64,000 nucleotides of DNA, from the NCBI GenBank assembly GCA_958296135.2, contig CATQHZ020000001.1:3968001-4032000 (forward strand). Direction: 5' to 3'. This stretch comes from an uncultured Poribacteria bacterium. Lineage in GTDB: Bacteria > Poribacteria > WGA-4E > WGA-3G. Position 1 is the first letter of the stretch. Each line of letters begins with the position of its first letter. Under the pieces are notes generated by a model. That model was not told where the DNA came from and searched no databases. It saw nothing but the letters and a program-made list of their open reading frames with translations. The translations under genes and the position numbers were made by a program. This document shows, piece by piece, positions 50,658 through 60,511 of this stretch.

Positions 50658-53192
50658 ATGAAAACATTAACGCTTTTAACCTTAACCCTGCTATTAACCG
50701 CCACGATGGCACTGACACCCGCCAACGCCCAAGATTACCAGCGGTTGGGCTTACCCGAAGGTGCCACCATGCGCCTCGGCAAAGGCACCATCAACGAGAT
50801 TGCATACTCCTCCGATGGCACCCTGCTAGCGGTTGCGAGTTCCATCGGGATTTGGCTCTACGATACTGCAACTTACCAAGAAGTAGCACTGCTCACCGGG
50901 CATACGGACAGGGTCTATAGCGTTGCGTTCAGCCCAGATGGAAACACGCTCGCCAGTGCGAGTTCGGACGAAACCCTCCGTCTGTGGGATGTCACCACCG
51001 GCGACACACTAAACACCCTCACCGGCCATACCCGCGATGTCTTTAGCGTTGCGTTCAGCCCCGATGGAAACACACTCGCCACTGGCAGTGAGGACAAAAC
51101 CCTCCGCCTATGGGATGTCACCACCGGCGACACACGCCAAACTCTCACCGGACATACCGCCGGTGTCTCTAGCATTGCGTTCAGCCCCGATGGAAACACA
51201 CTCGCCAGTGGCAGTGTTGACACCACCGTCCGGCTGTGGGATGTCACCACCGGCGATACACGCCAAACTCTCACCGGACATACCGCCGGTGTCTCTAGCA
51301 TTGCGTTCAGCCCTGATGGAAACACACTCGCCAGTAGTGGGAGTCGGCGTGACACCACCGTTCGGCTGTGGGATGCTGCCACCGGTGACACACGCCAGAC
51401 ACTCACCGGACATACCAGCAGTGTCTTTAGCGTTGCGTTCAGCCCCGATGGAAACACGCTCGCCAGTGCAAGTGGGAGAGGCACCGTCCGTCTGTGGGAT
51501 GTCACCACCGGCGATACAGTCCAAACCCTCACCGGACATATCGGCTGGATCTCTAGCATTGCGTTCAGCCCAGATGGAGACACACTCGCAAGTGCGAGTG
51601 GGGGTTGGGACGGCACCCTCCGTCTGTGGGATGTCACCACCGGCGATACAGTCCAAACCCTCACCGGACATATCGGCTGGGTCTCTAGCGTTGCGTTCAG
51701 CCCCGATGGAAACACACTCGCCAATGGTGCGGGTTTGGGTAAAGACTCCCTCTGGCTGTGGGATGTTGCCACCGGCGACACACGCCAGACCCTCTCCAGG
51801 CATACCGGTGGTGTCAGGAGCGTTGCGTTCAGCCCAGATGGAAACACACTCGCAAGTGGCAGTCAGGACAAAACCATCCGCCTATGGGATGTCACCACCG
51901 GCCAAACACGCCAAACACTCACCGGACATACCCTCGGTGTCTCTAGCGTTGCGTTCAGCCCGGATGGCCGCACCCTCGCCAGTGGGAGCTGGGACAAAAC
52001 CGTTCGTCTGTGGGATGTCACCACCGGCGACACACTAAACACACTCACCGGACATACCGGCTATGTCTTAAGCGTTGCGTTCAGCCCAGATGGCCGCACC
52101 CTCGCAAGTGGGGGTTATGACAAAACCGTTCGTCTGTGGGATGTCACCACCGGCGACACACTAAACACCCTCACCGGACATACCCAGCGTATCTATAGCG
52201 TTGCGTTCAGCCCTGATGGAAACACACTCGCCACTGGCAGTTGGGACGAAACCATCCGCCTGTGGGATGTCACCACCGGCGACACACGCCAAACACTCAC
52301 CGGACATCCCTGGGGTGTGGAGAGTGTTGCATTCAGCCCAGATGGAAACACACTCGCAAGTGGCAGTTATGACAACACCGTCCTGCTGTGGGATGTCGCT
52401 ACCGGCGACACACGCCAAACACTCACCGGACACACCGGTGCTGTCTATAGCGTTGCGTTCAGCCCCGATGGAAACACACTCGCAAGTGGCAGTGACGATG
52501 CCACCGTGCTCCTCTGGGACATCGCACCGTCTGCACCCACACCGGTGCAAGTCGCTGAAGATATCAACGGCGATGGCGTGGTGGACATTCTGGACTTAAC
52601 GCTTGTCGCCGCGCAGTTCGGACAGACAAGTGAAGACACTCCCGCTGATGTCAACGGTGATGGCGTTGTTAACATTCAGGATCTGGTGTTGGTGGCTGGG
52701 GCCTTTGGGGAGGCAGCTGGCGCGCCGGGGTTCGCGCCGGGGCATATCAGGACCGGGAGCATCGGGACCGGGAGGGCTCTCCTACGGGCGGCGGATGTGC
52801 AACAGTGGCTCGCGCAGGCGCGACGGCTGGACAGCGCAAACCCTGCGTATCAACGCGGCATTGCCGTGCTGCAGCAGCTCCTCGCACGCTTGACCCCGAA
52901 ACAAACCGCGCTGCTTGCCAACTATCCGAATCCGTTTAACCCGGAAACGTGGATACCGTATCAGTTGGCACAGGCCGCAGAGGTCACCGTCAGGATTCAC
53001 GCATCGGATGGGAAACTGGTACGCACCTTGGAGTTGGGCCAAGTTCCGGCGGGCGTATATTCGGGCAAGTCCCGCGCCGCGTATTGGGATGGCCGCAATG
53101 CGCAGGGTGAGCCCGTGGCGAGTGGCGTGTATTTCTACACGCTGCAGGCCGGAGATTTCATCGCAACGAAGAAGATGCTGATTCGGAAGTAG
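50658..53192 (+). CDS. Secreted WD40 protein (about 14 repeats) + dockerin-like + FlgD/T9SS-like C-terminal domain
   Basis: Signal peptide, about 126-nt repeats LTGH..V.SVAFSPDG..LASGS.D.T.RLWD, DINGDG twice, NYPNPFNPETWIPYQL. Confidence 0.95.
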   Translation: MKTLTLLTLTLLLTATMALTPANAQDYQRLGLPEGATMRLGKGTINEIAYSSDGTLLAVASSIGIWLYDTATYQEVALLTGHTDRVYSVAFSPDGNTLASASSDETLRLWDVTTGDTLNTLTGHTRDVFSVAFSPDGNTLATGSEDKTLRLWDVTTGDTRQTLTGHTAGVSSIAFSPDGNTLASGSVDTTVRLWDVTTGDTRQTLTGHTAGVSSIAFSPDGNTLASSGSRRDTTVRLWDAATGDTRQTLTGHTSSVFSVAFSPDGNTLASASGRGTVRLWDVTTGDTVQTLTGHIGWISSIAFSPDGDTLASASGGWDGTLRLWDVTTGDTVQTLTGHIGWVSSVAFSPDGNTLANGAGLGKDSLWLWDVATGDTRQTLSRHTGGVRSVAFSPDGNTLASGSQDKTIRLWDVTTGQTRQTLTGHTLGVSSVAFSPDGRTLASGSWDKTVRLWDVTTGDTLNTLTGHTGYVLSVAFSPDGRTLASGGYDKTVRLWDVTTGDTLNTLTGHTQRIYSVAFSPDGNTLATGSWDETIRLWDVTTGDTRQTLTGHPWGVESVAFSPDGNTLASGSYDNTVLLWDVATGDTRQTLTGHTGAVYSVAFSPDGNTLASGSDDATVLLWDIAPSAPTPVQVAEDINGDGVVDILDLTLVAAQFGQTSEDTPADVNGDGVVNIQDLVLVAGAFGEAAGAPGFAPGHIRTGSIGTGRALLRAADVQQWLAQARRLDSANPAYQRGIAVLQQLLARLTPKQTALLANYPNPFNPETWIPYQLAQAAEVTVRIHASDGKLVRTLELGQVPAGVYSGKSRAAYWDGRNAQGEPVASGVYFYTLQAGDFIATKKMLIRK

Positions 53193-53740
53193 GAGAGACC
53201 TCGGGTCTCGTCTCCCCGGTAGGAGAGACCTCCCGGTCTCGATGCCTCGCCGTGCAGCGCGCGGCCCCGCAGCCCGTAGGGCGCGGTCCTGTGCCGCGCC
53301 GTGCAGCGATCGCATCAGAAAACAGCCGAAGCCCAGAGGCCCCGGACGGTTCTCTATCGATCGAAGGATCGCGAGGGACAGGCCCTCGCGCTACGGTAAC
53401 GAGAAGCGAATCGGCACCGCATGGCCCGTAGGGCGAGGTCTTGTGCCTCGCCAGGCACCGATCGTATCAGAAAGCCTTCGCGGCCTCGGGGTTGCGGGCG
53501 TTTTCCGGTCAGGTCGGCGGATCGCGAGGGACAGTGGACATCTCTGCAGCGGGACTGCAGAGATGACAACGTTTCGGCGTAACGGCCCTCGCGCTACGGT
53601 AAAAGGGCCGGTTTCCGTGTCGTTGAGAGATCGCGGGGCCTGTTCCCTCGCGCTTCAGTAGGAGGGACATCCTTGTCCCGACATCTTCAGTAGGAGAGAC
53701 CTCTGGTCTCGACAGTAGGAGGGACATCTGGTCCCGATAC
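53189..53740. repeat. Mosaic REP array
   Basis: Same modules as the 49566-50640 array; 53426-53757 duplicates 50274-50657. Confidence 0.9.
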
Positions 53741-53757
53741 CCAAAAGGAGAAATCCA

Positions 53758-54774
53758 ATGAAAACACTAACGCTTTTAACCTTAACACTGCTATTAACCG
53801 CCACCTTGGCACTCACCACCGCCACCGCCCAAGATTCCCAGCGGTTGTTGGGCTTACCCGAAGGTGCCACCTTACGCCTCGGCAAAGGCTACATCAACGA
53901 GATTGCGTATTCTCCCGATGGCACCTTGCTTGCGGTTGCGGGTTCCAGCGGGATTTGGCTCTACGATACGGCTACCTATCAAGAAGTGGCACTGCTCACC
54001 GGGCATAGCGACAATGTCTGGAGCGTTGCGTTCAGCCCAGATGGAAACACACTCGCCACTGGCAGTGCGGATGACACCGTCCGGCTGTGGGATGGCACCA
54101 CCGGCCAAACACGCCAAACACTCACCGGACATACCGACAGCGTCTGGAGCGTTGCGTTCAGCCCAGATGGAAACACACTCGCCACTGGCAGTGATGACAA
54201 CACCATCCGGCTGTGGGATGGCACCACCGGCGACACACTAAACACCCTCACCGGCCATACCGACGGCATCTCTAGCATTGCGTTCAGCTCCGATGGAAAC
54301 ACACTCGCAAGTGGCAGTGCGGATGACACCATCCGGCTGTGGGATGTCGCCACCGGCAATACACGCCAAACACTCACCGGACATACCGACAATGTCTGGA
54401 GTGTTGCGTTCAGCCCAGATGGAAACACACTCGCCACTGGCAGTGTTGACAAAACCCTCCGGCTGTGGGATATCGCCACCGGCCAAACACGCCAAACACT
54501 CACCGGACATACCCACTGGGTCACTAGCGTTGCGTTCAGCCCCGATGGAAACACGCTCGCCATTAGCAGTCGGGACGAAACCCTCCGTCTGTGGGATGTC
54601 ACCACCGGCCAAACACGCCGAACACTCACCGGACATACCCGTGCTGTCTGGAGCGTTGCGTTCAGCCCGGATGGAAACACACTCGCAAGTGGCAGTTGGG
54701 ACGGCTCCGTCCGGCTGTGGGATATTGCCACCGGCAATACACGCCAAATCCTCTTTGTCTTTAGAGATGAGTGA
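53758..54774 (+). CDS. Secreted WD40 protein (about 7 repeats), C-terminally truncated paralog
   Basis: Same leader and signal peptide as 50658; out-of-frame dockerin remnant at 54771-54850. Confidence 0.85.
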   Translation: MKTLTLLTLTLLLTATLALTTATAQDSQRLLGLPEGATLRLGKGYINEIAYSPDGTLLAVAGSSGIWLYDTATYQEVALLTGHSDNVWSVAFSPDGNTLATGSADDTVRLWDGTTGQTRQTLTGHTDSVWSVAFSPDGNTLATGSDDNTIRLWDGTTGDTLNTLTGHTDGISSIAFSSDGNTLASGSADDTIRLWDVATGNTRQTLTGHTDNVWSVAFSPDGNTLATGSVDKTLRLWDIATGQTRQTLTGHTHWVTSVAFSPDGNTLAISSRDETLRLWDVTTGQTRRTLTGHTRAVWSVAFSPDGNTLASGSWDGSVRLWDIATGNTRQILFVFRDE

Positions 54775-54868
54775 AGCCAATCCCGCTGATGTTAATGGTG
54801 ATGGCGTTGTCAGCATCCAGGATCTGGTGTTGGTGGCAGCCGGCGCGCCGGGGTTCGCGCCGGGGCAT

Positions 54869-55620
54869 ATCGGGACCGGGAGGGGCATCGGGACCGGGAG
54901 GTCTCGATGCTTTGAAAGGCGCGGTTGCAAACAGCACCTACCGGATGGTTCTCATAGGACTAGGGAAACCTGTGCCTCGCCGTGCAGCGCGCGGCCCCGC
55001 AGCCCGTAGGGCGAGGGCCTGTCCCTCGCCAGGCAGCGACCGCATCAGAAAGCCTTCGCGGCCTCGGGGTTGCAGGCGTTTTCCGGTCAGGTCGGTAGAT
55101 CGCGAGGGGAACCCGCGCCGATTCGCGATCGCCGGGCCCTCGCCCTACGGTAGCGAGAAGCAAATCAGCCCCAAACCGTAGGGCGAGGGCCTGTCCCTCG
55201 CCATGCACCGATCGCATCAAAAAACAGCCGAAGCCCAGGGGCCCCGGACGGTTTTCGTGTCGGTCGGGGGATCGCGAGGGACAGGCCCTCGCGCTACGGT
55301 AACAGTGGCGTTTTTCGTGTCAATGAGCGGAAGCAAATCGGCACCGCAGCCCGTAGGGCGAGGTCTTGTGCCTCGCCATGCTCGATCGCATCAGAAAGCG
55401 TCCGCGGGCTCGGGGTTGCAAGTGTTTTCCGGTCAGGTCGGCGGATCGCGAGGGACAGTGGACATCTCTGCAGCGGGACTGCAGAGATGACAACGTTTCG
55501 GCGTAACGGCCCTCGCGCTACGGTAGTGAGAGGTAAATCCGTAGGGCGAGGTCTGGTGCCTCGCCAGGCACCGATCGTATCAGAAAACGTTCGCGGCCTC
55601 GGGGCTGCAAGCATTTTCCG
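54869..55620. repeat. Mosaic REP array
   Basis: Multiple gtagggcgagg/cctcgcgctac hairpins; cassettes at about 55112 and 55458. Confidence 0.9.
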
Positions 55621-55635
55621 GACGGAATGGACTAA

Positions 55636-56094
55636 ATGACGCTCTTAAAACCCTTAATACAATGGCTACACGTCGGCTCGGTTGTCCTGATGATAGGCGG
55701 CTTCTTCTTCTTTCGCGTTATCTTAATGCCGCTCGCAAACCGCCTCCCAGATCCGGCGGCATTCATCACATCGGCACTGAGACGCTTCAGCAGCACCGTC
55801 TGGTGCGCGCTGCTAACCATCCTGATTTCGGGGCTCTATAACTTTATCACCTTCTTCAGAACGGCACGCGGTGGTGCAGCCGCGGAAGAGATGTCATATT
55901 TCTCGCTCTACATTCTCGTCGTGGGCATCAAACTCTTCATCGTCTTTCTAATATACACGCTTGCAATTCTCCTGACATTCCCCTATCCCGTGTTTGAGAT
56001 ATTTCAAAAAAAGCCTGCGCCGTGGCTCAACCTCACCGTGATGCTAGGGTTCATTGTTATCTTTCTATCCGCCTTCTTGCGCCGCTTGGCGTAA
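55636..56094 (+). CDS. CopD-like 4-TM membrane protein
   Basis: WLHV...IGG.FF, ISGLYN, IKL motifs. Confidence 0.7.
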   Translation: MTLLKPLIQWLHVGSVVLMIGGFFFFRVILMPLANRLPDPAAFITSALRRFSSTVWCALLTILISGLYNFITFFRTARGGAAAEEMSYFSLYILVVGIKLFIVFLIYTLAILLTFPYPVFEIFQKKPAPWLNLTVMLGFIVIFLSAFLRRLA

Positions 56095-56330
56095 AAACAC
56101 AGATAGGCGCGGTTTGAAACGGCGCACCCTTCAAAACGTCAAGACAGATTGCTATAACCATGCGTTTCCAGTTAAGCAAGCCTATCGTAACCTGAAAAAC
56201 AGCACACCTCACTGAACTCGGCAAAAAGTTGCTAGGCCTCGAAACGTGGGGATAAGCGAGCCGCCATTCCCGTCCGGTAGGCGCGTTCTCCAACTGCGCC
56301 TACCCGGTTAACTCTACGAAAGGAAACCTC

Positions 56331-59300
56331 ATGAGCCATCAAAACGAAAACGTCATCACCGGTGAACTCGTCCGCATCTTGAGAGGGATGTGCTACAATT
56401 GGAAAATCGAAGCACAACAGCGGCCCTTCCTTGATAGCCAAACCGAACCCGACATCTTCATGACGAAAAAGGGACACGAACCCATCGCCATTGAAGCAAA
56501 ATACGCTTCCGTGCAAGAAAGCATCGTGCGAGAGCAGACCAGGGCACACATCGGCCGCGAATTGGAAGCCGACTACATCGAAACCAAAAAGCATCAGCAC
56601 ACCGTGATGGCCATCCGCTACCCCAACTGGTTCAAGGATGAGGACGGAGCCACTATCGAACGGAAACTCCGCAAAACCGACGAACTCCTCTATCTGCTCA
56701 TCGGCAGGAGCAGCGGCGAACGCTACCAATTCCCAGAGAAGGGATGGGCCACCGGCACCGTCACCGATATCGCCAACGCGCTCCACGTCGGCGCAGTCCC
56801 AAGCGAACGCATTGACGCAGCCGCCAGGGAAATGGAACGCAGCATTAACATGGCCGCACAACTGCTTGACAAGGCGAGTGAAGGAAAACCCGGGATTGCA
56901 AACGCTATTGAGCGCATCCTGCACCAAGAAGCCGGCCAGCAAACCTACCGCATGGCGATGCTCATTATTACCGATGCATGCGTCTTCCAATCTTCACTCG
57001 CCGGCAAACCGGGAATGGAGACTGTCCGCTCGCTGAGCAATCACATCCGAGATATTGACTACGTCGCCGTTGTCAGAGACTGGGAGAAAATTCTGAAGGT
57101 GAACTACCGTCCCATCTTTGAGGATGCGATGCGGCTCGTCGAGGCACTGTCCATAGACGACAGGCTTGTTCACAAGGTTCTCCGAATCCTGTGTGAGGCA
57201 GCGAACGATCTTGTCCAGACCGGACTCGCGCAGATTCATGAACTCGCCGGCACGGTATTCCAAAAACTCATCGTTGACCGGAAATACGTCAAGGCAAACT
57301 ACACGCTCCCGACATCGGCGACGCTCCTCTCCGCGCTTGTGCTACCGACATTGCCTGCCGGCGAACTGCCGAAAGTGGCGGATTTCGCCTGCGGCACCGG
57401 GGCACTGCTCAACGGCGTCTACCAACGCCTGCAGCGGTTATATGAACAGCAAGGGAACAAGAAGAATAGTGCCGATATCCACCGGCAGATGCTGGAAGCG
57501 CACATCGGCGGCAGCGATGTCATGCCGAATGCAACGCACATTACCACCGCTGTCCTCGCTAGCGCGCAACCCGACATCAACATCGGAAGCACCCGCATTG
57601 TCACCGCCGCCTACGGAAAACAGCCGAATGGCAGTTACGCTGTCGGCTCGCTAGAACTGATCGATAACGAACTGCTCCTGCCTACCATGGATAACGAGGC
57701 GGTGCAACTCGGCGGGGAAGAACATACCAACGTCGCGATAAACCGCGTATTCAAGCACGGCGAATTCAACATCGTCATCCAAAATCCGCCGTTTACAAAA
57801 CCGAACGCCGACGGCAACAACGAAGTGCCGAAAGGTGTATTTGAGGGAAGCGACAGACCCGAGGAAGATACGCGGGAAATGCGCAAGGCTCTACGCGAGA
57901 AAAACACGCGCGTCACTCACGGGATGGCGGGGCTCGGCTGCTACTTCGTAGATCTGGCCGATAAAATGTTGGCTGCGGATGGGACACTCGGTTTCATCTT
58001 ACCGGTGACGGTGCTGGCATCGCCGCACTGGCGAAGGGTTCGGGATATGTTCGCCACCGAATACCGTGACGTGATAGTGGTGACTATCGCGCAAGCGAAA
58101 GGCTATAATAGTGCCTTCTCCGCCGATACGAGTCTCGCAGAATGCATGATAGTGGCAACCAAGGGCAGAGGTAAAACGACGGGACGCGGGAAGTTTGTGA
58201 GCCTTAATCACAGACCTAGCAACTCGCTTGAGGCAACAGTTATCGCCGACCACATCACGAGAAATGGAGGCTCGCGTCGTTTGGAAGATTCGCTGAGCGG
58301 CGGCGAGCGCATGAAAATTGGCGAAAGCACCGTAGGGCAGATGCTCAATTGTCCCCTGCCAGAAAAAGCGGAATGGGCGGCATCCCGCGTGAAGGCAATG
58401 GAACTGCTTCAGTGCGGCCGATTACTCGCCGAAGACACACTCTGGCTGCCCACCTGCACATCAGGAAAGCCTATTCCGATGTGCCGTGTTGAGGAAATTG
58501 CAACCCCAGGAATGTCCCACCTCGCGGTTTATGGAGAGGGAGAGCAAGGCGCGTTTGACATGGCGATGGGTTATAGTCAAACAGACACTTATCCTTGTCT
58601 CTGGAAGGTGGACTCGCCAATCCAACGTGCGATGGTTGTGCAGCCAGATTCACACGGAATCCTGCGGCCGAATGCTCATGCCAAGTTGCAACAACTCCTA
58701 GGGCGGAATAGTCGCGCCCATTACAGTTTACTGCTGAGATTTACAGCAAATTCTGTCGCGGCTCCTTTCACAATCAAACCTGCAATAGGTGTGAATACCA
58801 TAACAAACGTGGCTTTTAAAAACCCGCGATACGAAATCCCATGGACACTCTGGTGCAATTCCACGTTGGGCTTGCTCTGCCACTGGTTTCATAGCAGTAA
58901 ACAGCAAGCAGGACGTGGTATCCTATCACTGCATACCTTACGAACACTTCCAACGCTAGATGTCCGCCAGTTAACCGACGTGCAGTTAACGGCGGCGGAA
59001 GCGGTTTTTGAGGCGTTGAAGTTTGAGCGGATGCTCCCGTTCAACGAATGTTGGGATGATCTGGTGCGCAAGCGTCTTGACGAGATGTTGCTGACGAAGG
59101 TGCTAGGCATCACCGATGCGGCTATCCTTGCGGCGATGCAGACGTTGCGTGAGATGCTCAGCGCGGAGCCGAGCATTGACGGCGGGAAGCAGTCGCGGTG
59201 CAATCTTCTGAAGGAATTGAAAGAAGCGTCAGCAAAAGGCATCGTGTTGCCGGGGATGACAGCGGCATCGCAAGCGGCGTTAATTGCTGTGCAAGAGTCA

Positions 59301-59339
59301 ACATCCAACGTTGGAGAGTTTATTCAGGAGCTGTTGTAA
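56331..59339 (+). CDS. Type IIG restriction-modification fusion (PD-(D/E)XK + m6A MTase + TRD)
   Basis: EPDIF..IEAK, DFACGTG, QNPPF, long C-terminal region. Confidence 0.85.
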   Translation: MSHQNENVITGELVRILRGMCYNWKIEAQQRPFLDSQTEPDIFMTKKGHEPIAIEAKYASVQESIVREQTRAHIGRELEADYIETKKHQHTVMAIRYPNWFKDEDGATIERKLRKTDELLYLLIGRSSGERYQFPEKGWATGTVTDIANALHVGAVPSERIDAAAREMERSINMAAQLLDKASEGKPGIANAIERILHQEAGQQTYRMAMLIITDACVFQSSLAGKPGMETVRSLSNHIRDIDYVAVVRDWEKILKVNYRPIFEDAMRLVEALSIDDRLVHKVLRILCEAANDLVQTGLAQIHELAGTVFQKLIVDRKYVKANYTLPTSATLLSALVLPTLPAGELPKVADFACGTGALLNGVYQRLQRLYEQQGNKKNSADIHRQMLEAHIGGSDVMPNATHITTAVLASAQPDINIGSTRIVTAAYGKQPNGSYAVGSLELIDNELLLPTMDNEAVQLGGEEHTNVAINRVFKHGEFNIVIQNPPFTKPNADGNNEVPKGVFEGSDRPEEDTREMRKALREKNTRVTHGMAGLGCYFVDLADKMLAADGTLGFILPVTVLASPHWRRVRDMFATEYRDVIVVTIAQAKGYNSAFSADTSLAECMIVATKGRGKTTGRGKFVSLNHRPSNSLEATVIADHITRNGGSRRLEDSLSGGERMKIGESTVGQMLNCPLPEKAEWAASRVKAMELLQCGRLLAEDTLWLPTCTSGKPIPMCRVEEIATPGMSHLAVYGEGEQGAFDMAMGYSQTDTYPCLWKVDSPIQRAMVVQPDSHGILRPNAHAKLQQLLGRNSRAHYSLLLRFTANSVAAPFTIKPAIGVNTITNVAFKNPRYEIPWTLWCNSTLGLLCHWFHSSKQQAGRGILSLHTLRTLPTLDVRQLTDVQLTAAEAVFEALKFERMLPFNECWDDLVRKRLDEMLLTKVLGITDAAILAAMQTLREMLSAEPSIDGGKQSRCNLLKELKEASAKGIVLPGMTAASQAALIAVQESTSNVGEFIQELL

Positions 59340-59452
59340 AGGTCGTAACACCGGGGCTAGACCGAATTTCCTCGCATGCATTTATTTTCTCTTGACATTT
59401 GAAATAAAATATGACACTATAAGATATATCAATTCAAAAAGGAGGCCAGCAA

Positions 59453-59869
59453 TATGCCTGTCGAAATCCCCATTGAAACACGGGAGGAATCGGGACACAC
59501 AAGTTGGCTGAGATATTCGCCGACATGTCAACAAATCTCCAAAACGATTTGGACGATTTATCTTCTCAAACCAGAAGGAGTTTTGGGGACGTAACTCTTG
59601 CCATTATACTCAAAACTTCGCCGGCGCAACCCTCTCTGCCGGAGACGCGCCCGAAGGAAATGCGGAATTTTCAAGATTTCGCAGAATTCCTAGATAACAC
59701 CATCAGACTCCATGACAGTCGTTACAAGTTCGAGACGTACGACAGTCGTGAGTGGAATTGGTATATCAACGACCCTTCTCTTCTTTTTGCGCTGCTGGAG
59801 AATATGACACAGTATGAATCGAACTTGAATGCACGTTTGCAGCTTTGGCGCAAAAGTGAGGAAGACTAA
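59453..59869 (+). pseudogene. Possibly frameshifted hypothetical gene
   Basis: A strong AGGAGG SD + ATG at 59453 opens a short ORF; the 121-aa ORF from 59504 is in another frame. Confidence 0.4.
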
Positions 59870-59883
59870 GTTTGAGCCGCTTC

Positions 59884-59912
59884 TTGACATTTAGCGTGAG
59901 ATAGGGCATAAT
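59884..59912 (+). promoter_or_regulatory. sigma70 promoter
   Basis: TTGACA-17-CATAAT. Confidence 0.65.
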
Positions 59913-59932
59913 CCTTAAAGGAATCTATTCGT

Positions 59933-60445
59933 TTGAAAGAAGAGCAAGAAAACCAACAAGAAAACGCCGAACAATACGGCAAGTCGTCTTCCAACTTTTT
60001 GGGTGACATCCCGGAAGCGTGGAAACGCCGTGCGAGAGCCGCCTTTGGATACATTTTTTGTGTGACGCTGTTTATCGTTATTCTCTCTGAAACGGCTGCC
60101 GGCATTTTTCCGGCGGTGAAGTGGTTCACCGTTGTTTCGACGGTGCTGCGGCACATTGGGACTCAGCTGTATCACTACAGTCTCGGCTTGGGCACGGCAA
60201 TTATCGCCTACTATTTGGCATGGGAGAACATCATGTATTTACGAGAAAAACGCCGCCGCGAGAAAGCAGAGGCACTCGCCGCCGCGGTCAACGCGGAACT
60301 CCAACGCGCCCGTGAGGAGGCAGAAGCCACCAACGCGCAACTCCAAGAACGGATTAGCGCGTTGGAAACGGAAGTCACCGAGTTGCGTCGCGCGTTAAAC
60401 GGAGCGGCTGCACGTTCGCCATCGTCCAACGATGAAGACAGTTAG
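59933..60445 (+). CDS. Membrane protein with C-terminal coiled coil
   Basis: TTG start with AAGGA, 2-3 TM segments, heptad-rich tail. Confidence 0.6.
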   Translation: MKEEQENQQENAEQYGKSSSNFLGDIPEAWKRRARAAFGYIFCVTLFIVILSETAAGIFPAVKWFTVVSTVLRHIGTQLYHYSLGLGTAIIAYYLAWENIMYLREKRRREKAEALAAAVNAELQRAREEAEATNAQLQERISALETEVTELRRALNGAAARSPSSNDEDS

Positions 60446-60511
60446 AACAGGCGCAAACCCGAACCCCAGTAGGCGCGGTTGCAAACCGCGCCGCTTCTCA
60501 TGCAAGCCCGC

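Noticed and set aside
50658-54774. WD40 hypervariability as a diversity-generating retroelement
   Set aside because: No reverse transcriptase in the window and no adenine-specific TR/VR pair.
49469-55614. Many ORFs within the REP arrays and alternative or antisense frames of the WD40 genes
   Set aside because: By-products of GC-rich repeats with no independent coding signal.
49566-55620. REP arrays as a CRISPR array
   Set aside because: The spacers are themselves repeated, orientations alternate, and there are no cas genes.
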